A stretch of 35,163 bases of DNA from Candidatus Yanofskybacteria bacterium RIFCSPHIGHO2_02_FULL_50_12 (GCA_001794525.1 MGJZ01000025.1:14805-49967), one strand, 5' to 3'. Positions 8,413-16,416 are shown, numbered from the stretch's first letter. Notes: generated by a model not told the origin, from the sequence alone. Made by a program: numbers and translations.

Positions 8413-9762
8413 ATGTCTGTCAAAGTACGCATTGCACCCAGCCCGACCGGTTTTTTGCATGTCGGTACCGGTCAATCAGCGCTTTATAATTGGCTTTTCG
8501 CTCGCAAAAACGGCGGAACGTTCCAGCTTCGCATTGAAGATACCGATCGAGAGCGCTCGACTAAGGAATACGAGCAGAGTATTTTTGACGCGCTGGCCTG
8601 GCTTGGGCTGACGCCTGACGGGGAAATTTCTCGCCAAAGCGAACACGCGGGCCAATATCGGAGTGCTTTGGAGGAGCTTCTTGCTGAGGGGAAGGCATTT
8701 TATTGCCGCCATACTCAAGAGGAATTAGAAGCGGAACGGAAGAATCAAGAATCAAAAAAAGAGCCTCCGAGGCATTTATGCGATCATAAGAATAGTCGAG
8801 AAGAAGAATCGGGCATCATTCGCCTTGCTGTCAAGGAAGATGATCGTATAATTAAATTCGACGATATCATACGTGGACCGATTGAATTCCAAGCTTCATT
8901 GCTGGGCGATTTTTCAATCGCCAAGTCGCTTGATGAGGCGCTGTACAACTTCGCGGTAGTTATGGATGACGCGGACATGAGGATCACTCATGTAATTCGC
9001 GGCGAGGATCATATTTCGAATACCCCAAAACAAATTCTCATATACGAAGCGCTTGGCTTGCCGATTCCGCATTTCGCGCATTTGCCGCTTATTCTCGCGT
9101 CTGACAGATCCAAGCTCTCAAAACGTCATGGAGCAGTAGCGGTCGTTGATTATAAAAAAGATTATCTCCCAGAAGCTCTAAGCAACTTTTTAGGCAGTAT
9201 CGGATATACCTTCAGTAAAGAGATTCTGACCAAAGAGGAGATGATCAGTGAATTTGATTTGTCGAAAGTCCACAAATCAGGTGCAGTCTTTGATGTCAAA
9301 AAGCTCAATTGGATTAACGCACAGTACATCAGACGCTTATCAGCCTCGGAGTTTAAGGGTTTAACCGGTTTAAAAGTTTCAGATGAGGCGGTGCTGTTGA
9401 TTACCGAGCGTCTGGAAAAATTAAGCGATGCCTCAGAGTTTTCGTATTTGTGGTCAGAACCAGAATATCCTAAAGAACTGCTCCTGTGGAAAACTTCTTC
9501 ATCTGAAGAAGTTAAACAATCATTAGAGAAATCATTGAAATTCTTGGAACCCCTGGAATGGGGGAGAGAGGCTATGGTTGCTGGGTTAGGGCATTTAAGC
9601 AACGAGGCAGGTGGGAAAGGGCCAGTGTTCTGGCCGCTGCGTGTAGCGTTGTCCGGCAAGGATAAATCGCCCGACCCAATTGATATTGCGCTAGCCATTG
9701 GGAAAGAAGAAACTATCAAACGAGTTCAAAAGGCGGTTAATCAACTAGATGAGCAAGATTAA
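8413..9762 (+). CDS. gltX: glutamate--tRNA ligase
   Basis: RIAPSPTGFLHVGT (HIGH region), the RIEDTD motif and KLSKR (KMSKS). 449 aa. Confidence 0.93.
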   Translation: MSVKVRIAPSPTGFLHVGTGQSALYNWLFARKNGGTFQLRIEDTDRERSTKEYEQSIFDALAWLGLTPDGEISRQSEHAGQYRSALEELLAEGKAFYCRHTQEELEAERKNQESKKEPPRHLCDHKNSREEESGIIRLAVKEDDRIIKFDDIIRGPIEFQASLLGDFSIAKSLDEALYNFAVVMDDADMRITHVIRGEDHISNTPKQILIYEALGLPIPHFAHLPLILASDRSKLSKRHGAVAVVDYKKDYLPEALSNFLGSIGYTFSKEILTKEEMISEFDLSKVHKSGAVFDVKKLNWINAQYIRRLSASEFKGLTGLKVSDEAVLLITERLEKLSDASEFSYLWSEPEYPKELLLWKTSSSEEVKQSLEKSLKFLEPLEWGREAMVAGLGHLSNEAGGKGPVFWPLRVALSGKDKSPDPIDIALAIGKEETIKRVQKAVNQLDEQD

Positions 9763-11026
9763 ATTTTTAATTTTTATCTTTTGCTTATTGTCGTTTTCTT
9801 CAGTTTCTGCAAATCCTGACCGTAATTCAGAAATTGAGGAAGAAGTCTCAATCGGCGGCCAAGACGTATCACAATTGAAGTCTGAGATTGATCGGCTTGA
9901 GCAGGAAATCCAGCGTCTGCAGCAAGAGCAAGATCAATATCGAAAAAACATCTCCGGCACGCAGGCGCAAGCCAAGAGCCTTCAAAATGAGATCAATAAT
10001 CTGACCAACCAAGTCAAATACCTGGAAAATCAAGTGAATTTAACGAGCTTCAGTATCAATAAAACTTCCACTGAGATAAGCGAAGCAGAAAAAGAAATTT
10101 ATGATACTCAAGAACATATCGATGTTCAAAAAAAGGCGGTCGCCCGAGCGATTCTATTTTTAGATCGTCAGGACAATGAAACATTACTGGTCTCATTGTT
10201 AAAAAATGAAAATATATCTGATTTCCTGCGCCAAGAACAATATGCCAATTCATTAAATGCCAGTCTGGTGGATCTGATTGAGGATCTTAAAAGTTCAAAG
10301 AATGAGCTGGAAAGATACCGAAGTCGTCTTGAATCAAAAAAGGGTGATCTAGAAAATTTGAAACAGCGACAGAGTCAGGAGAAGCACGCTGTAAGTCTGG
10401 TACGAGCTGAAACATCCAGCATTTTAAAAACGACCAAAGGTAAAGAGGCTGAATATCAAAAGATGCTCAATGCTTCTGAAGAATTAGAACGAGCGATCAA
10501 CTTAGAGGTCTTCAAGCTTGAAGATCAGTTACGGCGCACCTTAGATCCAACCAGTGTACCTTCGGGTAGACTTTTAGACTGGCCGGTACGCGGAAATATC
10601 AGCCAAAAGTATGGTTGTCTTGAAACAAACTGGGCACGTCGTTATTATCCCGATTGCAACAAAAATAAAGGCGGATTCCATAATGGTTTAGATATTGCCG
10701 CGCCCTATGGTACACCTTTGCGTGCGGCAGATGATGGTAAAGTGATTGCGGTCGGGAAAGCTCCAGCGGCTTATGGCATTTGGCTTGCTATCGAACATTC
10801 ACATGGTCTTGTAACCGCCTATACTCATATGTCGGTCCGAGCGCTCAATGTAGGCCAAAAAGTAAAAAGAGGAGACATAGTCGGGGATATCGGTAGTACA
10901 GGTTTTTCGAACGGCAGCCATATCCACTTCATGGTCTACGCACCCAAGACGTTCACTATAAAAAATAGTAGTGTTTCTGGAACTTTACCAATTGGCGCCA
11001 CGCTTAACCCACTAGATTTTTTGTAA
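9749..11026 (+). CDS. M23 family metallopeptidase with an N-terminal signal/TM segment and a long coiled coil (EnvC-like architecture)
   Basis: HNGLDIAAPYGTPLRAADDGKV and GSTGFSNGSHIHF M23 motifs, plus a heptad-rich Q/E/L N-terminal half. Overlaps gltX by 14 nt. Confidence 0.85.
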   Translation: MSKIKFLIFIFCLLSFSSVSANPDRNSEIEEEVSIGGQDVSQLKSEIDRLEQEIQRLQQEQDQYRKNISGTQAQAKSLQNEINNLTNQVKYLENQVNLTSFSINKTSTEISEAEKEIYDTQEHIDVQKKAVARAILFLDRQDNETLLVSLLKNENISDFLRQEQYANSLNASLVDLIEDLKSSKNELERYRSRLESKKGDLENLKQRQSQEKHAVSLVRAETSSILKTTKGKEAEYQKMLNASEELERAINLEVFKLEDQLRRTLDPTSVPSGRLLDWPVRGNISQKYGCLETNWARRYYPDCNKNKGGFHNGLDIAAPYGTPLRAADDGKVIAVGKAPAAYGIWLAIEHSHGLVTAYTHMSVRALNVGQKVKRGDIVGDIGSTGFSNGSHIHFMVYAPKTFTIKNSSVSGTLPIGATLNPLDFL

Positions 11027-11051
11027 TTTTAGTTAGACGCATTTTATTAAA

Positions 11052-12296
11052 ATGATTCGGATAGTCATATTAGGCGGGGGATTCGGCGGTGTACGATGTG
11101 CTCTTGATCTTGAACGGTCGCTTGGAAGCGAAGCTTCAATCACCCTCATCGATCGGAACGGCTATCATCTTTTCACGCCAGCACTCTATGAAGTTGCCGC
11201 GGCGTGTCAAACTGCTGCTGACCCCTTTGCACTAGAACTCCGCAAAACAGTCGCGATTCCGTATGGGGAAATATTTACCGACAGTTCAATCGAATTGATC
11301 CAAGCCCAGATCGCCAGCGCCGACATGGATCAAAAACATGTCGCTCTAGACAGCGGCGCGCGGATTGACTTTGACTATCTGGTACTGGCGCTTGGCAGTC
11401 AAGTCGCTGATTTCGGTATTCCCGGTGTCTACGAATATGCGCATCAATTCAAAACCACTGATGACGGGGTGGCGGTCAATCAAAAGCTCGAGGCTCTTTT
11501 TTCAGGCGCGGCCGGCGGGACAGTGCCGTTGCCGATCAAAATTCTGGTTATCGGCGCTGGTTTTGCGGGCGTGGAGTTAGCCGCCGAATTAGTCTCATGT
11601 TCTCGAGTTCTGCAAGCCGAGTATGATTTGCCCAAACGATCCTTCTCGGTCTCGCTCTTTGAAGCAGGTCCGCATATTCTACCCATGATTGAAGAAAAAG
11701 AGCGGAGAGAGATTGGAAAACGGCTCACGCACTTAGGCGTAATTATCATGGAAAATTCAGTGATCGAGGCGGTCTATAGCGATGCGGTCAAATTAAAGAC
11801 CGGCCAAACTATTTCTGGTAACGCGGTAATCTGGACGGCCGGCGTACAAGCGAATAAACTCGCCGCTGCTATACACGGTTTAATTCTTACTCCGCGAGGC
11901 AAAGTAATTGTGGATGAATATCTTCGCGTAAAGAACGGGGATATGGTATTCGCGCTCGGAGACATCGCCGAACAGATTGATCCGAAAACACAGAAACCGG
12001 TGCCCGGCTTGGCCTATGTCGCGCAAGCGCAGGGGAGTGTGGTTGCTCATAATATCCGGTCGCACATGCGCGGTAAAAAGCTCAAAGCACATATCCCTGA
12101 ATATCGATCCTGGATCGCGCCTTTAGGCGGCAAGTTTGCAATGGCTCATATCGGAAACACGGCAACGGTATCCGGCCGCATGGGTTGGCTGGTGAGAAAT
12201 CTAGTGGATCTTCGATATTTCCTGTCGGTCTTACCGGTCGGGAAAGCGTTGAATTTGTTCCGAAAAGATATTATGCTATTTTCAAAGAATGATTAG
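11052..12296 (+). CDS. ndh: type II NADH dehydrogenase / FAD-dependent pyridine nucleotide-disulfide oxidoreductase
   Basis: Two dinucleotide-binding motifs (IVILGGGFGG and ILVIGAGFAGVE) and the GD motif FALGDIA. Confidence 0.8.
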   Translation: MIRIVILGGGFGGVRCALDLERSLGSEASITLIDRNGYHLFTPALYEVAAACQTAADPFALELRKTVAIPYGEIFTDSSIELIQAQIASADMDQKHVALDSGARIDFDYLVLALGSQVADFGIPGVYEYAHQFKTTDDGVAVNQKLEALFSGAAGGTVPLPIKILVIGAGFAGVELAAELVSCSRVLQAEYDLPKRSFSVSLFEAGPHILPMIEEKERREIGKRLTHLGVIIMENSVIEAVYSDAVKLKTGQTISGNAVIWTAGVQANKLAAAIHGLILTPRGKVIVDEYLRVKNGDMVFALGDIAEQIDPKTQKPVPGLAYVAQAQGSVVAHNIRSHMRGKKLKAHIPEYRSWIAPLGGKFAMAHIGNTATVSGRMGWLVRNLVDLRYFLSVLPVGKALNLFRKDIMLFSKND

Positions 12297-12393
12297 TATA
12301 AAGGAAATAATTGTTTTCGTTTTGAATATTTTTCTCACGGTTCTCGCTGTGCTTACGCGGATCGTGCAGGAGATAATAAATTACATTAAGTAA
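12289..12393 (+). CDS. possible 34-aa single-TM micropeptide overlapping the ndh stop (ATGATTAG junction)
   Basis: My own translation gives MISIKEIIVFVLNIFLTVLAVLTRIVQEIINYIK*. It is not in the ORF track because it is shorter than 60 aa. The only support is the coupled overlap and its hydrophobicity. Confidence 0.25.
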   Translation: MISIKEIIVFVLNIFLTVLAVLTRIVQEIINYIK

Positions 12394-12475
12394 TTAACTT
12401 CATCTTCTTCATCTTAGTTTCCCAGGCTAGGGGAGTAAGGCAGGCTAAAAGGCTCCCCTACGGGGATCGAATTTA

Positions 12476-12517
12476 GAACAACCCGGTCGCCTTGGCGACC
12501 GGGTTGTTCTCGTGTTT
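12476..12517 (+). terminator. 15-bp perfect hairpin, probable terminator of the ndh transcription unit
   Basis: GAACAACCCGGTCGC-CTTG-GCGACCGGGTTGTTC followed by TCGTGTTT. The T-tract is weak. Confidence 0.55.
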
Positions 12518-12672
12518 GGCCACTAGCGCGGATTCATTAAAAAATATTTTTATTGATTTCTCTTAAAAAATAACCCTACGCATTTTTTAAAAATTTTTCG
12601 CAAGAATATTCCAAGCCGCGGCCAGTGAGCTGTCCCAAGCCTTCCCGTTAAACCGATTATAAGGAATACCTA

Positions 12673-12706
12673 TAGAGAAGATAGAGGCCCCTAGAAGGCC
12701 TTAGAA
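12673..12706. repeat. four helically phased TAGAR pentamers
   Basis: TAGAG at 12673, TAGAG at 12682, TAGAA at 12692 and TAGAA at 12702, with spacings of 9, 10 and 10 nt. Confidence 0.5.
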
Positions 12707-12810
12707 CGTGCAGAGGACCCATACAGGGCCCTCTGATACCTCGATCACGTAGTATCGCATAGGTGTTATTATTATCCGATTTAAATCATTAAGGTATCCA
12801 GCACTATATT

Positions 12811-12838
12811 AGGTCGCATAATCTACATTGTGCGACGT
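12811..12838. other. candidate dif-like / tyrosine-recombinase core site (11-bp inverted arms around a 6-bp spacer)
   Basis: AGGTCGCATAA-TCTACA-TTGTGCGACGT. The arms match each other at 9/11 positions. 18/28 positions match E. coli dif as I recall it, including CGCATAAT. Confidence 0.3.
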
Positions 12839-12985
12839 ACTGTATAGTTCAAAAACCACTTCCCTCAATAATTTTAAATAATCCAGTTATTTTTTTATTT
12901 TAATTATTTTATCCTAACTCTCACTCCTCTATCCCTTTGCAGTGCAGCGCAATAGTATGGAGATTTAACTATTTAAAATAAATTC

Positions 12986-13015
12986 CCGGCCGCTGGGATG
13001 GTTACCAGTGGCCGG
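12986..13015. repeat. 11-bp GC-rich hairpin of unknown role
   Basis: CCGGCCGCTGG-GATGGTTA-CCAGTGGCCGG. It has one G-T pair if read on the + strand. No T-tract follows on the + strand. Confidence 0.5.
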
Positions 13016-13056
13016 CTCACCCTTCATCTGTAGCCATGAGCGTATAGTAGAAGTCG

Positions 13057-13085
13057 TTGATTAAAAGATGATGAACCGCTACTAT
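13057..13085 (+). promoter_or_regulatory. promoter TTGATT-17 nt-TACTAT, with the -10 element ending 5 nt before ATG 13091 (leaderless-type)
   Basis: TTGATT at 13057-13062 and TACTAT at 13080-13085. No SD. Confidence 0.4.
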
Positions 13086-13090
13086 AAGAT

Positions 13091-13765
13091 ATGCCAAAAC
13101 TTATTTTTGATATTGAAACAGTCGGGGTGGAGTTCGACTCATTGGACGATACTTCCAAAAAGTTCTTATTTTTAAGAGCAAAGGATGATCGTGAGCGAGA
13201 AGTTATTAAGGAAGAACTAGGCATCTCGCCACTCACTGGCCGCATTATTTCCATTGGCGTGCTTAATCCCGAAACCGGCAAAGGCGCGGCTTATTATCAG
13301 CAACAGAACGGCGAAACGGAGGAAACAGACGGAAACATGACTCTTGTTCCGTGCCAAGATGAGAAAGACATTTTAAGGCGATTTTGGGAAGTAGCGACTC
13401 ATTACGATCAGTTTATCACGTTTAACGGCCACTCCTTCGATGTTCCCTATCTTACCATTCGTTCCGCGGCACTTAAGGTGAAGCCTACAAAAAATCTGAT
13501 TGGGAATCGTTACTGGGATAAGCCGCATCTGGATGTCTATGATCGGCTCACAAATTTTGGCGCCGTTCGGTTCAAGCGATCTCTCCATCTCTGGTGCATG
13601 GCGTTCGGAATCAATAGCTCCAAAGGCGGTGAAGTGGATGGACCCGAAGTCGCACAATTTTTCAAGGATAAAAAGTGCCGCGAGATCGCTAAATATTGTT
13701 ATGATGATCTGGTCGCGACTAAAGAGCTCTATGACTATTGGGAAAAGTATATGTGCGCTAAATAA
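13091..13765 (+). CDS. predicted 3'-5' exonuclease, RNase H-like fold related to the PolB exonuclease domain
   Basis: N-terminal ExoI-like motif LIFDIETVG, followed by ITFNGHSFDVPYL and a C-terminal YCYDDL segment. Confidence 0.65.
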   Translation: MPKLIFDIETVGVEFDSLDDTSKKFLFLRAKDDREREVIKEELGISPLTGRIISIGVLNPETGKGAAYYQQQNGETEETDGNMTLVPCQDEKDILRRFWEVATHYDQFITFNGHSFDVPYLTIRSAALKVKPTKNLIGNRYWDKPHLDVYDRLTNFGAVRFKRSLHLWCMAFGINSSKGGEVDGPEVAQFFKDKKCREIAKYCYDDLVATKELYDYWEKYMCAK

Positions 13766-13767
13766 AT

Positions 13768-13800
13768 AAATATCCGGTCGCCGTCGGCGACCGGATATTT
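13768..13800. terminator. bidirectional hairpin terminator between the convergent exonuclease and typA genes
   Basis: AAATATCCGGTCGCC-GTC-GGCGACCGGATATTT with A/T runs on both flanks. Confidence 0.7.
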
Positions 13801-13802
13801 AT

Positions 13803-15593
13803 TTAGCTGCCTGAAGATCGATTAGCTCTCGTGCGGTCGTTTTCAGTGAGATGCTGTTTACGAAGACGAACGCCTTGAGGGGTGATTTCCAGGTACTCGT
13901 CGTCCTGCATGATTTCCAATCCCCGCTCGAGGCTGATCTGGAACGGAGGGGCCAGTAAAATATTTTCATCGGAACCCGACGCGCGCATGTTGGTCAACTT
14001 CTTGCCTTTGATCGGATTGACTGTCATTTCATTGCCCTTAGAGGTATTGCCGATAACCATGCCGGCATAGACTTCCGTATTCGGTTCTATGTACAAGGTG
14101 CCACGATCTTGAAGGTTAAACAGAGCATAGCCGAGTGCTTTACCGGTCTCGCCAGAGATCATCGAACCGGTTTCGCGTTTTTTTATTTCCCCTACGTGGG
14201 GTTTAAATGCGATAAAACGACTCGACAACACGCCTTCGCCCTTGGTGTCGATCATGAATTCATTTCTAAATCCCAGCAGTCCGCGGGTCGGTATTTCAAA
14301 GGTGAGACGGACTTCTCCGTGATGCTGAACCATATTGGTCATCTTTCCGCCGCGCTTCGATAACTTTTGAATCACCACGCCGGACAAGTCTTCCGGAACA
14401 TCAATGATCGCCTCTTCAAACGGCTCGAGTTTTTGACCGTTCTCTTCCTTAATAATTACGTGCGGCTGGGAAACCTGAACTTCGTATCCCTCTCGGCGCA
14501 TGTTTTCAAGTAGAATCGCAATATGTAATTCTCCCCTACCATAAACTTTGAAATACTCATTGGATGAGAAATCCACACGCAGACCTATGTTGACCTCAAG
14601 TTCGCGTTCCAAGCGCTCACGAATCTGGCGGCCGGTAACGAATTTACCTTCCTGTCCAGCAAACGGTGAGTCATTGACTAAAAAATTCAACGAGATGGTA
14701 GGTTCGTCTACATTGATAGATGGTAGAGGTTCACTATCAGGAGCGGCGCAAATCGTCTCGCCAATATAGATGTCGGGGATACCAGCCACAAGTACAATAT
14801 CCCCCGCTTCAGCTTGGTCAATCTCTCTGCGTTCCATGCCATGGAAATTAAACATCTTGGTGATCTTCCCTGTGCGAGTCTCGCCGTTCGGCTTCCGCAC
14901 ATATACCGTCGAACCGGATTTAATAATCCCCTCATGGATGCGGCCTACGCCCATGCGGCCGAGGAAATTGTCGTAAGCAAGGTTAAAGGGCTGAAAGCGA
15001 AGCGGCGCCGCTATGTCATGAGGTGCTGCCGGTACGGTTTCTAAAATCGAATCCAAAAGCGGGGTTAAATCAGTCGACTCGTCAGCCAGATGCTTTTTAG
15101 CAATGCCCTCGCGGCCGATTGCATAAACAGTTTTGAAATCGAGCTGTTGGTCATTGGCGCCCAAATCCATAAAGAGTTCCAATACTTCTTCGTGGACACG
15201 GTCGGCATTAGCGGCGGGCTTGTCAATTTTATTGATGACGAGAATAGGATTCAAACCGAGTTCAAGAGATTTCTTGAGTACGAACTTAGTTTGGGGCATA
15301 GGACCCTCCTGCGCATCGACAATGAGCAGTACCGAATCGATTGAGCGTAATACTCGTTCCACTTCAGAGCCGAAGTCAGCATGGCCGGGCGTATCGACGA
15401 TGTTTATTTTGGTGTCTTTATATAAAAGGGAGGCGTTCTTGGCGTAAATGGTAATCGCCCGTTCGCGCTCAATATCGTTCACGTCCATGCTGAAATCCGC
15501 CGACACCATGCCGGTTTGTTTCAAAAGCATGTCGGTCAGGGTAGTCTTTCCATGATCGACATGAGCTATGATTGCTATGTTTCTGATCTCCAT
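13803..15593 (-). CDS. typA: translational GTPase TypA/BipA
   Basis: IRNIAIIAHVDHGKTTL (G1), DTPGHADF (G3) and NKID (G4). 596 aa with an EF-G-like domain order. Confidence 0.93.
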   Translation of the reverse strand: MEIRNIAIIAHVDHGKTTLTDMLLKQTGMVSADFSMDVNDIERERAITIYAKNASLLYKDTKINIVDTPGHADFGSEVERVLRSIDSVLLIVDAQEGPMPQTKFVLKKSLELGLNPILVINKIDKPAANADRVHEEVLELFMDLGANDQQLDFKTVYAIGREGIAKKHLADESTDLTPLLDSILETVPAAPHDIAAPLRFQPFNLAYDNFLGRMGVGRIHEGIIKSGSTVYVRKPNGETRTGKITKMFNFHGMERREIDQAEAGDIVLVAGIPDIYIGETICAAPDSEPLPSINVDEPTISLNFLVNDSPFAGQEGKFVTGRQIRERLERELEVNIGLRVDFSSNEYFKVYGRGELHIAILLENMRREGYEVQVSQPHVIIKEENGQKLEPFEEAIIDVPEDLSGVVIQKLSKRGGKMTNMVQHHGEVRLTFEIPTRGLLGFRNEFMIDTKGEGVLSSRFIAFKPHVGEIKKRETGSMISGETGKALGYALFNLQDRGTLYIEPNTEVYAGMVIGNTSKGNEMTVNPIKGKKLTNMRASGSDENILLAPPFQISLERGLEIMQDDEYLEITPQGVRLRKQHLTENDRTRANRSSGS

Positions 15594-15609
15594 TTAAACA
15601 AGAAAAAGC

Positions 15610-15681
15610 GCGAGCGGTCCACAGATCCACAGGAGGTGAGGTGCGCTCCTTGCGGAGTGCGTGGATGAGTTTTACGCTCGC
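15610..15681 (-). terminator. 72-nt composite hairpin followed on the - strand by GCTTTTTCTTGTTT; putative terminator or attenuator between the 131-aa gene and typA
   Basis: Outer stem 15610-16 / 15675-81, middle stem 15625-30 / 15661-66, and inner stem 15643-49 / 15654-60 with a GCAA (GNRA) loop on the - strand. A 12-nt bulge lies between the middle and inner stems. Confidence 0.4.
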
Positions 15682-15693
15682 CTTAATATAGTA

Positions 15694-16089
15694 CTACTTT
15701 TTACAATTTCCGGCAAGGGTATAGCCGGCTGCTTCAGCGGCTTCTGCGGAGTCGAACCAGATACGGTTGGATTCTTTGATCTGCTTATATCCCCCACACC
15801 AGGTATGGTGATAGACCTTATTTTTCGAAGATTTAGAAACAACAACCCGAAGATCGAGCGGTGAAGGTATGGGCGTTGGGACTGGCTTAGAGATAGATCT
15901 CTTGGGAAGATCCGTCCCAGATGGCTGATAGATTGCAGCTTCGGTGGAGGATTCGCCAGATGTCTCTCTGAAGGCATTCGAAGCGCCGAGGTTATATCCG
16001 ATACTGGCCACCAGGATCATACAAATACCCAGGAATATGTCCTTTTGATAGGTCTTGATTAAGGTTAGGAATTCTGCTATTATGTGCAT
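15694..16089 (-). CDS. membrane-anchored protein with a C-terminal conserved Cys-containing ('sunset'/Ada-like) module
   Basis: N-terminal TM helix (IFLGICMILVASIGY), a Pro/Ser linker and the C-terminus YHHTWCGGYKQIKESNRIWFDSAEAAEAAGYTLAGNC. Confidence 0.55.
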   Translation of the reverse strand: MHIIAEFLTLIKTYQKDIFLGICMILVASIGYNLGASNAFRETSGESSTEAAIYQPSGTDLPKRSISKPVPTPIPSPLDLRVVVSKSSKNKVYHHTWCGGYKQIKESNRIWFDSAEAAEAAGYTLAGNCKK

Positions 16090-16106
16090 GCTGATTAATT
16101 ACTCAT

Positions 16107-16385
16107 ATGGCGCATACAAAAGCGATCGGTACAAGTAGAAACGGCCGCGATTCACAACCTCAATATCTTGGGGTGAAGCTTTCTGACGGCCAAGCCGCTA
16201 ATATTGGCAGCATTATTGTCCGTCAGCGGGGCACGAAATTCATCCCTGGCTCGGGTGTCCGCCTCGGTACCGATTATACCATTTATGCGGCTGTAGCTGG
16301 TAAGGTCAAATTCACTACCAAACGCAAAACCGGATATAATGGCGCCAGACGACTCGTAACAGTGGCCAACGTAGTGCCTAACTAA
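16107..16385 (+). CDS. rpmA: 50S ribosomal protein L27
   Basis: [24 protein letters not shown]...[10 protein letters not shown]. Confidence 0.95.
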   Translation: MAHTKAIGTSRNGRDSQPQYLGVKLSDGQAANIGSIIVRQRGTKFIPGSGVRLGTDYTIYAAVAGKVKFTTKRKTGYNGARRLVTVANVVPN

Positions 16386-16416
16386 AACCCCTTCAAATGA
16401 AGGGGTTTTAGTTTTT
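16384..16416. terminator. bidirectional rho-independent terminator
   Basis: AAAACCCCTTC-AAAT-GAAGGGGTTTT followed by AGTTTTT. Confidence 0.75.

Noticed and set aside
12297-13090. tRNA, tmRNA, RNase P RNA, SRP RNA or a CRISPR array in the ORF-free gap
   Set aside because: I looked by eye on both strands for T-loop GGTTCGAnTCC, the tmRNA 5' GGGG..TTCGAC and 3' TCCACCA, the RNase P GAGGAAAGTCC motif, the SRP GGAAGCAGCC motif, and regularly spaced direct repeats of 24 nt or more. I found none. A hand search cannot exclude divergent versions.
15661-15864. 67-aa + strand ORF (and a 16-codon GTG ORF at 15641) downstream of an AGGAGGTGAGG sequence
   Set aside because: The 67-aa ORF is antisense to the 131-aa gene and has poor SD spacing. 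The purine tract is better explained as the bulge of the intergenic hairpin.
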